From NCBI GenBank assembly GCA_963575745.1, contig CAUYUJ010000148.1:434001-498000 (forward strand): 64,000 nucleotides of DNA, given 5' to 3'. Positions 51,732-62,875 of this stretch are shown here, in pieces. The notes under the pieces were generated by a model that was given only the letters and a program-made list of their open reading frames with translations, did not search any database and was not told where the DNA came from. Source of the DNA: Prorocentrum cordatum. Lineage: Eukaryota. A program made the translations under genes and the position numbers. Every line of letters begins with the position of its first letter. The stretch's first letter is position 1.

Positions 51732-54700
51732 TCAGCCTGTCTTCGGCTTCTTCTTCTTCGAGGCCGAGGAGTCGTCTGAGGACGAGGGGTCTGAGATCGA
51801 GGACGCGTCGGCGTCGCGCTTCTTACCCTTATTGCCCTTCTTCTTTTCATCATCCTTGTCCTTCTGCTTATTATCATTATTGTCCTTATTATTGTCCTCC
51901 TTCTTGCCCTCCTTCTTGCTGTCGCCCTTCTTCCCATCCTTCGGGTCCTCCTTCAGGCCCTCCTTTGTCAGGCGCAACTGCACAGAGCGTGCAAGCAGGT
52001 CCTCGTTCACGAACACAACGGCGCTGCTCCCGAGCATGACCTCGACGGCGCGCTCCACGAGAAACGCCTTGAGCACCTTCGCGTGGTGGTCGTCGAAAGT
52101 CAAGGCCAACACACTGCGCCCGCTCTTGATGCAGCCGTGCATGCCTGCGCCGCCCGCAGGCGTGCCGAAGTACACCCACCTGGGCTTCCCCGCCTCGTGG
52201 CAGAGCTCCTTGAGGAGCTCGGTGTCGCTGTCGCGCGGGAACCACGGCACCTCCGTTCCCGTGAGCTGGCGGTAGAGCTTCCGCTTCTTCACGGCCGCAG
52301 TCACGAGGGCCTTCTCGGGGCGGACGGCTGTTGCAGCTTCGTCGCGCGCCTCGGCGCCACAATCAGCGCCCTCGCCCTCCTGGAGAGGGTGGCAGTACCC
52401 CAGCTTCTCTCGCTCCTCGGCCCCCACCTCGGTGGCGCACTGGCCGACCATGCTGGCCAAGCTGGCCCCCCCGAACCTGCTTGGGCACGAGGGCGTGGCT
52501 CTTCTGCGGCAGGACAGGCACGTTCCTCGCCACTTCGTTGAAGAAGGGGCTGCCCGCGTCCACGAACTGCCTGATATTTGCTATTTGCGTCGGCTTCCTC
52601 CCCTTGTAGCAGAGCATCATGACCTCGTGCGAGCGCGAGTTCGCCAGGCCTCGCTGCCTCTGGAAGTGGCCGTACTGCTGCATCTGCTTCGTGTTGTAGG
52701 CGAGGTGGCACGTGACCGTGCGGAACTTGTTTGCGGCGAGGATCTTCTGCATATTCGGGAGGTTCGACTGCGCGCGGCCCGTCAGCACCCACAGCACGTC
52801 CCGTCCACCGACCATCAGCGGTTCCAGGGACTTCAGGTAGTGTGTGAAATCCAACTCGTCCAGCGCGGGCTCACGGTGCGTGAGGCCTTGCCCCTCGAAG
52901 ACGCAGCACAACTTCGCATTCTTGACATCGTAGAAGCCCATCGCTGATGCATTATCTGTGAGGTTCTGGTATAGGCGTGTCTTAGTAACCGAAACGTTGA
53001 TATCCATGGCGCTGCCCTCCGCCGTGATCATGACGACCCGCGTATCCAGCTGGCTAGAGCACTGCTGCTCGCACAGCGCCTTGAAAATATTCACGCCGCT
53101 CGGGGAGACGTCGATCTTCTTCTTGTCCTCGGAGGCCGCCCCCGCTGTTCCAGCGCCGCCCGCTGTTGCAGCACCGACCGTGTCGCTGTCCGCAGGCTTT
53201 TGCTCTGACGGTGCCTGGGGGTTTCCCACGAGGGAGTCGTGCGCGATTTGGAACTTCTCGAAGAACCTCTTGTTCACTCGCACGCTCCTGTGGAACTTGT
53301 CCATGTTGTAGCGCTCGGCGCGCGGCTGAGTGAGGGCGCCAGAGATATCCTGCTTGTAGAAGTCCTGGCCTATGTCGAGGAAGCGTTTCATCGCCAGGCG
53401 CAGCGCCTCGGTCGGCAGTGACGGCACCCAGGTCGGGTCCTTGTCAGGCCCCTCAGCCTTCTCGAAGAACTTGAGCGGCGAGTCGAGGTATTGCCTCGCC
53501 ATGACAATGACTTTTCTCTCGGCGGCGTTCTCCGGTGCGTCTGTTGTTTCAGTGCTGTTGCAGCCAGTGCTCCCTTTGAACAAGTCTGGGCACTGTTTCA
53601 GAAAGTTCGCCGCGTACTTCTTCGCCCACAAGATCTCGCCCACTGCCTGGCCGATGGTGGAGGCGCTGGACGGGTCCTCCACGCTCTTCCGCCACATCCG
53701 CGTGTACAGGCTTTCCAAGACGTACCCCAGCGAGGTAGCGCCCGTCTTCGCGATGATCGTCCCAAGCTGCGTGGGCCTGTCCAGCTCGCCCCCAACGGTT
53801 CGCGGCGGCACCCAAAAGCAGCAATGCCCCCGGGCACTTTTCGAGAGCGAGCCAGTTGACCATGTGCGCCTGGCCGGCCCCCAGGCTGGGGCAGTGCAAA
53901 AGTCCCCACTATATGTTTCTCTCCAACCACGCCTGCACCTTCTCTGCCGAGGGGTTCCCGCCACCTGGCCCGCCACTCTTCAAGATGTCCGCCGCACGTG
54001 CCACCATGCGCATGAGGTTCTGGTTCTCGGCCCCGAGGAAATCGCGCAGGCGCTCGTTGCGGGATCTCTGGTTGACAGACCACGGGAACTTGTTCTCCTC
54101 GACCTCCTCAGCCGCGCGCCCCGGGATCAGCGCGAAATCGAAGGGCCAATCCAGAATCAAGTCCTCCACCGCGTCTACGGCCTGCCTGTTGCCTTCCTCT
54201 GTCGCCCAGTAGTAGGCTTGCCAGACAGCGTTGACCACGACGTCACTGCCCAAACGCTTGAACTTGCCGATGTCGGGCACAGCGGTCTGGTTCACGTTGG
54301 TGATCATGATGGGGATCTCGAACCCTTTCTCAACCTGCTTCGGGATGTTCCAACGCCTGCCACCCTTGACCTGGCTTAGCGTCTCCACGATGCGCCGCTG
54401 TGGGTTACCCTGGGCTGTGCACTCGACGTCGCCAGCGCCCTCAAGAGAGTCGTTCGCTGTTTCAGCCGCGTCGTCCGTCGGCACGTTCCGCATGAACATG
54501 TCCGCAGCCACGTTCTCCACCTTGCCCACCGTGATATTCTCCTCCAGGAAACTGTTGTCGATGGGCGCCGTATACGCCAGGTTCAGATAGACATTCCTGC
54601 GCTCGCCCTTCTCGTTACACTCTTCGATGATCCTTGGCGAGCTTCTCCTGCAATGGAGTTCTCTCCTTGCTGTCCTTCTTCGAGATCTTCTTCGACTGGT

Positions 54701-54860
54701 CCTCCTGCGACTTGTCTGGCTTCTCCCTCTTCGCCTGCGCGGCCCTCTCGGCGACGCGCTTCGGAATGGTCTTGAGAAGCCGTTTGAAGTCAGTCTCGAT
54801 GAGGGGGAAAACCTTGTCGGCCCAGAAGTCCTTGAACGGCTGCGCCGCGAAGCCGCTCAT
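51732..54860 (-). pseudogene. ~1000-aa protein: ParB-like N-terminal region and HTH, fused to a beta-class N6A/N4C DNA methyltransferase-like domain; frameshifts at ~54632, ~53785, ~52470 and in-frame TAG at 53909-53911
   Basis: Abutting ORF segments join into one frame. C-terminal WFPRD..ELLKEL..RWVYFGTPAGGAGMHGCIKSGRSVLALTFD parallels beta-class motifs X-I-II; SHEVMMLCYKG parallels hE.il.f.K; FYDVKN at the motif IV position. N-terminal FEIPIMIT..GKFKRLG..WSVNQR parallels the ParB/Srx layout. Confidence 0.6.
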
Positions 54861-55214
54861 CGCGCTCAGGCGGGCTGGTTCAGCTGCGGGCTGGCCGTTC
54901 CACCTCGCGCGCCTGTTGCAGGTCGGGCTGGAGCCGTGGTGGGAATGGAATTGGGCAATGATGGAAGAAGAGGGGCCGTTGTAGCCGATGGAACGTCCAG
55001 AGGGCGGATAGGAAGCATAGCGAAAATAGCCGCAACCAATTCTAGACGAACTCACGGATGTCGGAAGTCGCCCATTCCCTCGAAGCAATGCGAAGATTAA
55101 TGCATTTTCAGCGAGCGAGGGCGCCAAGAGCCTGTCGAGTTCTCCCCAGATGGCCTACCAGCTCTTGATGGGTGGGCCCAGAGATTTTGCAAGACCCCAA
55201 CGGCACCAAGAAAT

Positions 55215-55394
55215 TCTAACTACCCTAAGGGCCTCAAGAGGAGATCCCAGAAATTCTATCTCCCCACAGGGCCTCAAGAGAGATTGCCAGAAATTCCTCG
55301 CCCCTCAGGGCGTCAAGAGGAGATCCCAATCTTCAACGCACTCATTTTTTGAGTCCTAGTAGATCCAGAACCCATGAATCTGTTATTCTTTCGA
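55215..55394. repeat. 180-bp direct repeat, copy 1 (three internal ~38-bp subunits)
   Basis: Aligns end to end with 62595-62773 with scattered mismatches. Confidence 0.95.
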
Positions 55395-55924
55395 GATTCG
55401 CTGCCAGGCCGAAGGTTTCGACTGACTGCGCTAGCCGCTAGAACAGAGAACAGCTACAGCGCGCCCCCCCTCCCCCCCCGCCCTCGCGGCGGACAGCGTC
55501 GGATAATTCATGTACTCGGGGGGGGGGCCCTGGAGCCATGGGGCGTTGATCCGATCGGCATAAGCCCGACACTTGCGCAAACGTCCAGTGGTGCCAGTGG
55601 GGGGGTGGGGGGGGGGCGCGCGCGCGCTGCGGGGCGGGGGATGAGACGGCGCGCATGCTGCAGCTCGCACGGCCTCGCATGGAGCGCGCGCGTGGCATCG
55701 GGCCGACGGACCGAAAGAAGCAGCCGCGGGGGCGGCGTCCTGCAGGGCACAGAATGCAGATGAGGCCTAAGGATTAAGGGCGAGTCGGGTCGGGTCGTCG
55801 TCGCGTCGTCGTCGTCGTCGGTCGGTCGTCAAAATCTCTGATCATATCGCCTCGCCCCCATCTCCCCCCCCTCCCCCTTCCCCCATCTACTCCAACGCGC
55901 GGCGCGTGGCGGGCCCTCACCACG

Positions 55925-56767
55925 CTAGCAGCCCGCAAAATCGCGGTTAGTTTTGGGGTGGTGGCCGACGCGCATGTGAAGAAGGTTGCGCCTGCCATAG
56001 TGATCACTGCGGATCCCTGAACAGGGCGCGCAGAGCTTCCTGGAACATACACGCTCAGAGAAGCCGCCGCATACGGCGCAGATGTCAACGCTGCGATAGC
56101 GGGCCATCACGCGGCTGCTGTGGTACCCGAGCGCGCCAGCCGCGAGGGGCAAGATCCGGCGGAAGTGCGGTGCGATCCACGGCGCAGTGGCTGGCCAGCC
56201 GAAGTCGTTGGCATCAGACCCCACGGGCACCTCCATGGCTTGCCCCGCTGGTGCCGCTGGAGGCAGCCCAGGCTGCCCAGGCTGCACAGCGACAGGAGGA
56301 GGCTGCCCAGCGGCAGACACAGGAAGTGCGGCCCCTGCGCCACCCGGAGCTGCAGCGGCGCCCGCAGGGCCTGCGGTCGCAGCGCCACCACCACCAGCAG
56401 CTGGCACATGAACCGCATGCTGGAACACGGCGGCGGCCCCCGGGGCGCGCTGGTCGTCGCCGCCGCCGCCCACCACGACTCCATCTCCATTGATGGTCAC
56501 ACCGCCCACCACGACTCCATCTCCATTGATGGTCACACGAAGCTGGAGCTGGACGTGAATCGTCGTCGACGGCCCAGATGCTGCCATCGCGGCCATCGCG
56601 GCGAGCGTCGACGCCGCGTCGACGCCTGAGTCCGAGGCGGGGGGGGGGGTCGCCTGCTCAGGCTGAGGAGGAGTACAGCCGAAACACTGGACCTTCGCAC
56701 TGCAGACGGCTGAGGCTGAGGCAGCGACGCCGACGGACGGTGACGACGACGACGGGTCACGGGCCAT
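55925..56767 (-). CDS. Low-complexity protein with a C-terminal H-CxxC-C Zn-binding-like domain
   Basis: YHSSRVMARYRSVDICAVCGGFSERVCSRKLCAPCSG...RNLLHMRVGHHP. Confidence 0.45.
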   Translation of the reverse strand: MARDPSSSSPSVGVAASASAVCSAKVQCFGCTPPQPEQATPPPASDSGVDAASTLAAMAAMAASGPSTTIHVQLQLRVTINGDGVVVGGVTINGDGVVVGGGGDDQRAPGAAAVFQHAVHVPAAGGGGAATAGPAGAAAAPGGAGAALPVSAAGQPPPVAVQPGQPGLPPAAPAGQAMEVPVGSDANDFGWPATAPWIAPHFRRILPLAAGALGYHSSRVMARYRSVDICAVCGGFSERVCSRKLCAPCSGIRSDHYGRRNLLHMRVGHHPKTNRDFAGC

Positions 56768-56909
56768 GGGCCACCGGCCACGGGGGAAACCGTCGGACCG
56801 TCGGGGGGCGCCGCACGATGAATCATCTGCGAGGGCCCTCCGTCGGGAGGCCCCTCGACCACTCGGCCCTCCCGACGGGAGTCGACAGCCAGGGCCCGAG
56901 AATCCGATC

Positions 56910-58098
56910 GTATGTTAGAGCTCCAATGGAGCTCTAACATCGCATGTTAGATTATGTTAGAGCCCCCTGGGAGCTCTAACATCGCATGTTAGAGCTCCGT
57001 GGGAGCTCTGAGGCGGGGGCGGCGGCGGGTAGGTTAGAGCTTCCATGTTAGAGTTCCCTGGAAGCTCTAAAATACCGTGCCCCAACGGAGCTTTAACATA
57101 GCATGTTAGAGCTCAGTGGGAGCTCCCTGGGAGCTCTAACATGGTATGTTCGAGCTCCGTGGGAGCTCTAACATGGCTTGTTAGAGCTCCAACGGAGCTC
57201 TAACATAGAATGTTCGAGTATGTTAGAGCTCCCTGGGAGCTTTAACGTGGTATGTGAGAGTTCCGTGGGAGCTCTAACATGGCATGTTAGAGCTCCCAGG
57301 GAGTTCTAACATGGTATGTTAGCATTGAGCTCTAACATGGGATGTTAGAGATCCCTTGGAGCTCTTTCATGACATGTTGGATTATGTTAGAGCTCCGTGG
57401 GAGCTCTGAGGCGGCGGCGGCGGCGGCGGGTAGGTTAGAGCTCCCAGGGAGCTCTAACATGCGATGTTAGAACTCCCATGTTAGAGCTCCCTGGGAGCTC
57501 TAACATACCGAGCTCCAGCGGAGCTTTAACATCTCATGTTAGAGCTCCGTGAGAGCTCCATGGGAGCTCTAACATGTTATGTTAGAGCTCCGTGGGAGCT
57601 CTAACATGCTCTAACATGCTATGTTAGAGCTCCCAGGGAGCTCTGACATAGCATGTTAGAGCTCCAACAGAGCTCTAACATAGCATGTTCGAGTATGTTA
57701 GAGCTCCCTGGGAGCTCTAACATCGCATGTTAGATTATGTTAGAGCTCCCTGGGAGCTCTAACGGGTATGTTAGAGCTCCGTGGGAGCTCTGAGGCGGCG
57801 GCGGCGGCGGCGGGTAGGTTAGAGCTACCAGGGAGCTCTAACATAGCATGTTAGAGCTCCCAGGGAGCTTTAACATACCGAGCTCCAACGGAGCTTTAAC
57901 ATAGCATGTTAGAGCTCAGTGGGAGCTCCCTGGGAGCTCTAACATGGTATGTTAGAGCTCCGTGGGAGCTCTAACATGGCTTGTTAGAGCTCAACTGAGC
58001 TCTAACATAGCATGTTCGAGTATGTTAGAGCTCCCTGGGAGCTCTAACATGGTATGTTAGAGCTCCGTGGGAGCTCTAACATGGCATGTTAGAGCTCC
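56910..58098. repeat. Palindromic 32-bp satellite ATGTTAGAGCTC-N5-GAGCTCTAACAT-N3; further blocks at ~49330-49620, 60045-61040, 62335-62592, 63838-64000
   Basis: Alternating atgttagagctc and its reverse complement gagctctaacat; higher-order marker gaggcggcggcgggtaggttagag at ~57010, 57408, 57792, 60171, 60412. Confidence 0.95.
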
Positions 58099-58218
58099 CG
58101 GGGTGTTTTTTTTTTTCCCCCCCAACCCTCCTTGGTTGGGTATTCGTTTTGAATAGAGCAGTGTGGTCGCGTCCCTCCTCCCTCCCTTCCTCCCTCCCTG
58201 CCTCTTCCTGTCTTGCCT

Positions 58219-59835
58219 GCGGGGGGCTGCGATCTGTGAAACTGTCGCCATTTTCGAGGCCTGCTGGGGGGCCCAGCACAGCGAGGGCCACGGGCAGATT
58301 CAAATTAGACTCGCAATCCCTGACTCGCCTGTGGGGTCGCCATTTTCGAGGCCGCTGGCTTCAAATTAGACCTCGCCATCCCTGGGGGGCTGCGATCTGT
58401 GAAACTGTCGCCACTTTCGAGGCCTGCTGGGGGGCCCAGCACAGTGAGGGCCACGCGCAGATTCAAATTAGACCTCGCCATCCCTGGGGGGGCTGCGATC
58501 TGTGAAACTGTCGCCATTTTCGAGGCCTGCTGGGGGGCCCAGCACAGTGAGGGCCACGCGCGGATTCAAATTAGACCTCGCCATCCCTGGGGGGCTGCGA
58601 TCTGTGAAACTGTCGCCATTTTCGAGGCCTGCTGGGGGGCCCAGCACAGTGAGGGCCACGGGCAGATTCAAATTAGACCTCGCCATCCCTGGGGGGCTGC
58701 GATCTGTGAAACTGTCGCCATTTTCGAGGCCTGCTGGGGGGCCCAGCACAGTGAGGGCCACGGGCGGATTCAAATTAGACCTCGCCATCCCTGGGGGGCT
58801 GCGATCTGTGAAACTGTCGCCATTTTCGAGGCCTGCTGGGGGGCCCAGCACAGTGAGGGCCACGGCGGATTCAAATTAGACCTCGCCATCCCTGGGGGGC
58901 TGCGATCTGTGAAACTGTCGCCATTTTCGAGGCCTGCTGGGGGGCCCAGCACAGTGAGGGCCACGGCGGATTCAAATTAGACCTCGCCATCCCTGGGGGG
59001 CTGCGATCTGTGAATGTACAGTGAGGGCGACGCGCGGATTCAAATTAAACCTCGCCATCCCTGGGGGGCTGCGATCTGTGAAACTGTCGCAATTTCCGAG
59101 GCCTGCTGGGGGGCCCAGCACAGTGAGGGCCACGGGCAGATTCCTCTGAGACCTCGCCATCCCCGGGGGGGCTGCGATCTGAAACTGTCGCCATTTTCGA
59201 GGCCTGCCGGGGGGCCCAGCACAGTGAGGGCCACGGGCAGATTCAAATGAGACCTCGCCAACCCTGTGGGGGTGCGATCTGTGAAACTGTCGCCGCTTTC
59301 GAGGCCTGCTGGGGGGCCCAGCACAGTGACGCCACGGGCAGATTCGTCTGAAACCTCGCCATCCCTGGGGGGCTGCGATCTGTGAAACTGTCGCCATTTT
59401 CGAGGCCTGTTGGGGGGCCCAGCACAGTGAGGGCCACGCGCGGATTCAAACTAGGCCTCGCCATCTCTGGGGGGGCTGCGATCTGTGAAACTGTCGCCAC
59501 TTTCGAGGCCTGCTGGGGGGCCCTGCGCAGTTACGCCGCGGGCATATTCAAACGAGACCTCGCCATCCCTTGGGGGCTGCGATCTGCGAAACTGTCGCCA
59601 CTTTCGAGGCCTGCTGAGGGGCCCGGCGCAGTGACGCCACGGGCACACTCAAATGAGACCTCGCCATCCCCTGGAGGCTGCGACCTGTGAAACTGTCGCC
59701 ATTTTCGAGGCCTGCTGGGGGGCCCGGCACAGTGGCGCCACGCGCGGACCCAAATTAGACCTTGCCATCCCTGCGGGGCTGCGATCTGCGAAACTGTCGC
59801 CACTTTCGAAGCCTGGTGTGATCACCATTTTCGAA
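58219..59835. repeat. 102-bp tandem array, ~15 copies
   Basis: ggggctgcgatctgtgaaactgtcgccattttcgaggcctgctggggggcccagcacagtgagggccacg...ttcaaattagacctcgccatccct; near-identical on the left, diverged on the right. Confidence 0.97.
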
Positions 59836-61090
59836 GTGGCTAGGAGTGCCCAGGAATTGTAACTCATCAGCTTTATCAAGCCCTTTTCCTGTAGCCAGTG
59901 TCCTGCGAGTCTCCCGAATTCCGTCTGCAGACATATGCAACCCTCGCTCCGCCATCGCCCCCTTTATCAAGTATCCTAAACTATTTGCGCCCCGCTTTTG
60001 CGCAGGGGTTGGGTACGTCGCCAGGGTAATTTTCTTTCCACATGGCATGTTAGCCTTGAGCTCTAACATAGGATGTTAGAGATCCCGTGGAGCTCTATCA
60101 TGGCATGTTGGATCATGTTAGAGCCCCCTGGGAGCTCTAACATCGCATGTCAGAGCTCCGTGGGAGCTCTGAGGCGGCGGCGGCGGCGGGTAGGTTAGAG
60201 CTCCCTGGGAGCTCTAACGTGGTATGTTAGAGCTCCGTGGGAGCTCTAACATGGCTCTTTAGAGCTCCCAGGGAGTTCTAACATGGTATGTTAGCATTGA
60301 GCTCTAACGTAGGATGTTAGAGATCCCTTGGAGCTCTTTCATGGCATGTTGGATTATGTTAGAACTCCCTGGGAGCTCTAACATCGTATGTTAGAGCTCC
60401 GTGGGAGCTCTGAGGCGGCGGCGGCGGCGGCGGGTAGGTTAGAGCTACCAGGGAGCTCTAACATAGCATGTTAGAGCTCCCAGGGAGCTCTAACATGCTA
60501 TGTTAGAGCTCCCATGTTAGGAGCTCCCTGGGAGCTCTAACATACCGAGCTCCAACGGAGAGTTAACATATCATGTTAGAGTTCCGTGGGAGCTCCCTGG
60601 GGGCTCTAACATGGTAGGTTAGAGCTCCGTGGGAGCTCTAACATGCTCTAACATGCTATGTTAGAGCTCTCAGGGAGCTCGAACGTAGCATGTTAGAGCT
60701 CCAACAGAGCTCTAACATAGCATCTTCGAGTATGTTAGAGCTCCTTGGGAGCTCTAACATGGTACGTTAGGGCTCCGTGGGAGCTCTAACATGGCATGTT
60801 AGAGCTCCCAGGGAGTTCTAACATGGTATGTTAGCCTTGAGCTCTAACATAGGATGTTGTTAGAGATCCCTTGGAGCTCTATCATGGCATGCTAGAGCCC
60901 CCATGGGACTCTAACGTGCTATGTAAGAGCTCCTCGGGAGCTCCAACGTGTTATGCTAGATTTCGATGTGAGGGTTGTGAACTCTAACATGCTATGTTAG
61001 AGTTCGATGGAAGCTCTAGCATAGCATGTTAGAGCTCCCATCGAGCCGTCCCCCCCGCCGTCGTCGCCGTCGTCGTCGCCGTCGTCGGCA

Positions 61091-61122
<32 letters not shown>

Positions 61123-62164
61123 CCATCGGCCCCCCACCCCCCTCCTTTTAAGCGCGCATAAGTAAGGAAACATGTCCGAACACGGCCGCACTCTCGCACG
61201 CACCGCTGCCCTGTCCTCGACCTCGAGAACGACGGCTTCCCCCTTGAAAGGCGGGGGCATAGGGGTGGGGCCCTGTCTTCGACCACGGTGAAACATGGGG
61301 GTGGGGCCCTGTCTTCGACCACGGTGAGACATGAATAGGGCGCGGCCCTCCTTGCCCTCGCGGGGCGGCCTTGCCCCCTGGGAGGCGGTCGGGGATCAGG
61401 GGCGGAGGGGGCTCAGGGACTTCTGAATTAGAACTAGAAGGTGGGGGGGAGGAGGGGAAGGAGGAGGAGAAGGAGGAAGAGGAAGAGGAAGGCTTCACCG
61501 CCCTCCACGCACCGCCGACTTTCATCATGTATCCGCCCCGTGCTGGCGAGCTCTTCACTGAGAAAGTAACCCACTTTTGGCAATGTGAAGACACGCTTCT
61601 GGTAGAACTCCGTAATCAGTGCTATGGCCAGCGATTGAAGCACGGCCGCCGTGGCAACCAAATTGGCGCCGCTCCCAGCCGATATCCTCTTCGTCAACGC
61701 CTGAGGGGAGATCGATGTATGGCCGTGAGCGCGGTATACCGCGATTTCGCTCTTGCCGCGGAGGTTCAAGACCTTCGGGGCCATCGGAAAGAAAGGCGGC
61801 AGGACCTGGATAGAGCAAACTCGCCAACAACTTCTCGAGCCAAGCGAGACTACGTACAATCAGATGGCGCGGGCCAGGAAACTGGAAGACTCCAGAGCGG
61901 TTGTGGATACTTCAGGCCAGGGTCAGGATGAGCATTGGAAGAGCCTACTGGGGGGGGGGGGGGCCAAAGGATGAGCCAGCACAGGAAGGCCCCAACATAA
62001 TTGCGCGAGGCTGCTGCGAGAAGCCTGACGGGGACTGTGACAAGGGAATGTGGCGGCACGCCGCTGTGAGAAGACTTATACGACAACGCTACCCGCGTGA
62101 GAAGCTACTGCCGCAGGCAGCGGCCCGCGTGAGGTCACTCGGTCATCCTTCTTCGCATGGTGGC

Positions 62165-62300
62165 TTTGTTTATTATGGTAGTTTGGTTTCTTATGGTAGC
62201 TGGGTGTCTTCGGGTAGCTTGGCTTCTCATAGTAGTTTGGTATATTATGGTAGCTGGGTTTCTTATGGTAGAGTAGCCTATCCTGGTAGCTTGGTTTCTT
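62165..62300. repeat. Degenerate 18-bp minisatellite (tatggtagctgggtttct)
   Basis: About 7 units, reading YGSWVS/YGSLVS on +. Confidence 0.8.
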
Positions 62301-62594
62301 TATCTGGCATCTGTCCTGACATCTTCGAGCCCCCACGGAGCTCTAACATGCGATGGCCGAGCTCCCAGGGAGCTCTAACATGGCATGTTAGAGCTCCCAC
62401 GGAACTCTAACATACGATGTTAGAGCTCCCAGGGAGCTCTAACATAATCTAACATGCTATGTTAGAGCTCCCTTGGAGTTCTAACATGCGATGTTAGAGC
62501 CCCCAGGGAACTCCCACATCATCTAACATGCTATGACAGAGCTCCGTTGGAGCTCTAACATGTCATGTTACAGCTCCCTGGAGCTCTAACATCA

Positions 62595-62773
62595 TCTAAC
62601 CACCCGAAGGGCCTCAAGAGGAGATCCCAGCAATTCTATCTCCCCACAGGGCCTCAAGAGAGATTGCCGGAAATACCTCGCCCCTCAGGGCGTCAAGAGG
62701 AGATCCCAATCTTCAACACACTCATGTTCAGTCCTACGAGATGCAGAACCCCATAAATCGGTTATTCTTTCGA
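62595..62773. repeat. 180-bp direct repeat, copy 2
   Basis: Matches 55215-55394. Confidence 0.95.
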
Positions 62774-62875
62774 ACCGCGTGAGCGCGGCGAAGGAGCCAG
62801 CGCGCGAGCCAGGCTGCACGCCTCCGACATCGGCTACCAGACGCCCATGCGAGGTCACTTGTCCTGCTGCTAAGC

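Noticed and set aside
48655..52475. Programmed frameshifting at the two 7-nt homopolymer runs (~48660, ~52470)
   Set aside because: The genes also have a premature stop, other frameshifts and a lost catalytic Lys; decay or sequencing error is simpler
58219..59835. CRISPR or guide-RNA array
   Set aside because: Whole 102-bp units are near-identical with no unique spacer segments
61530..62130. Plus-strand coding-like segment
   Set aside because: Broken across frames and no family recognised
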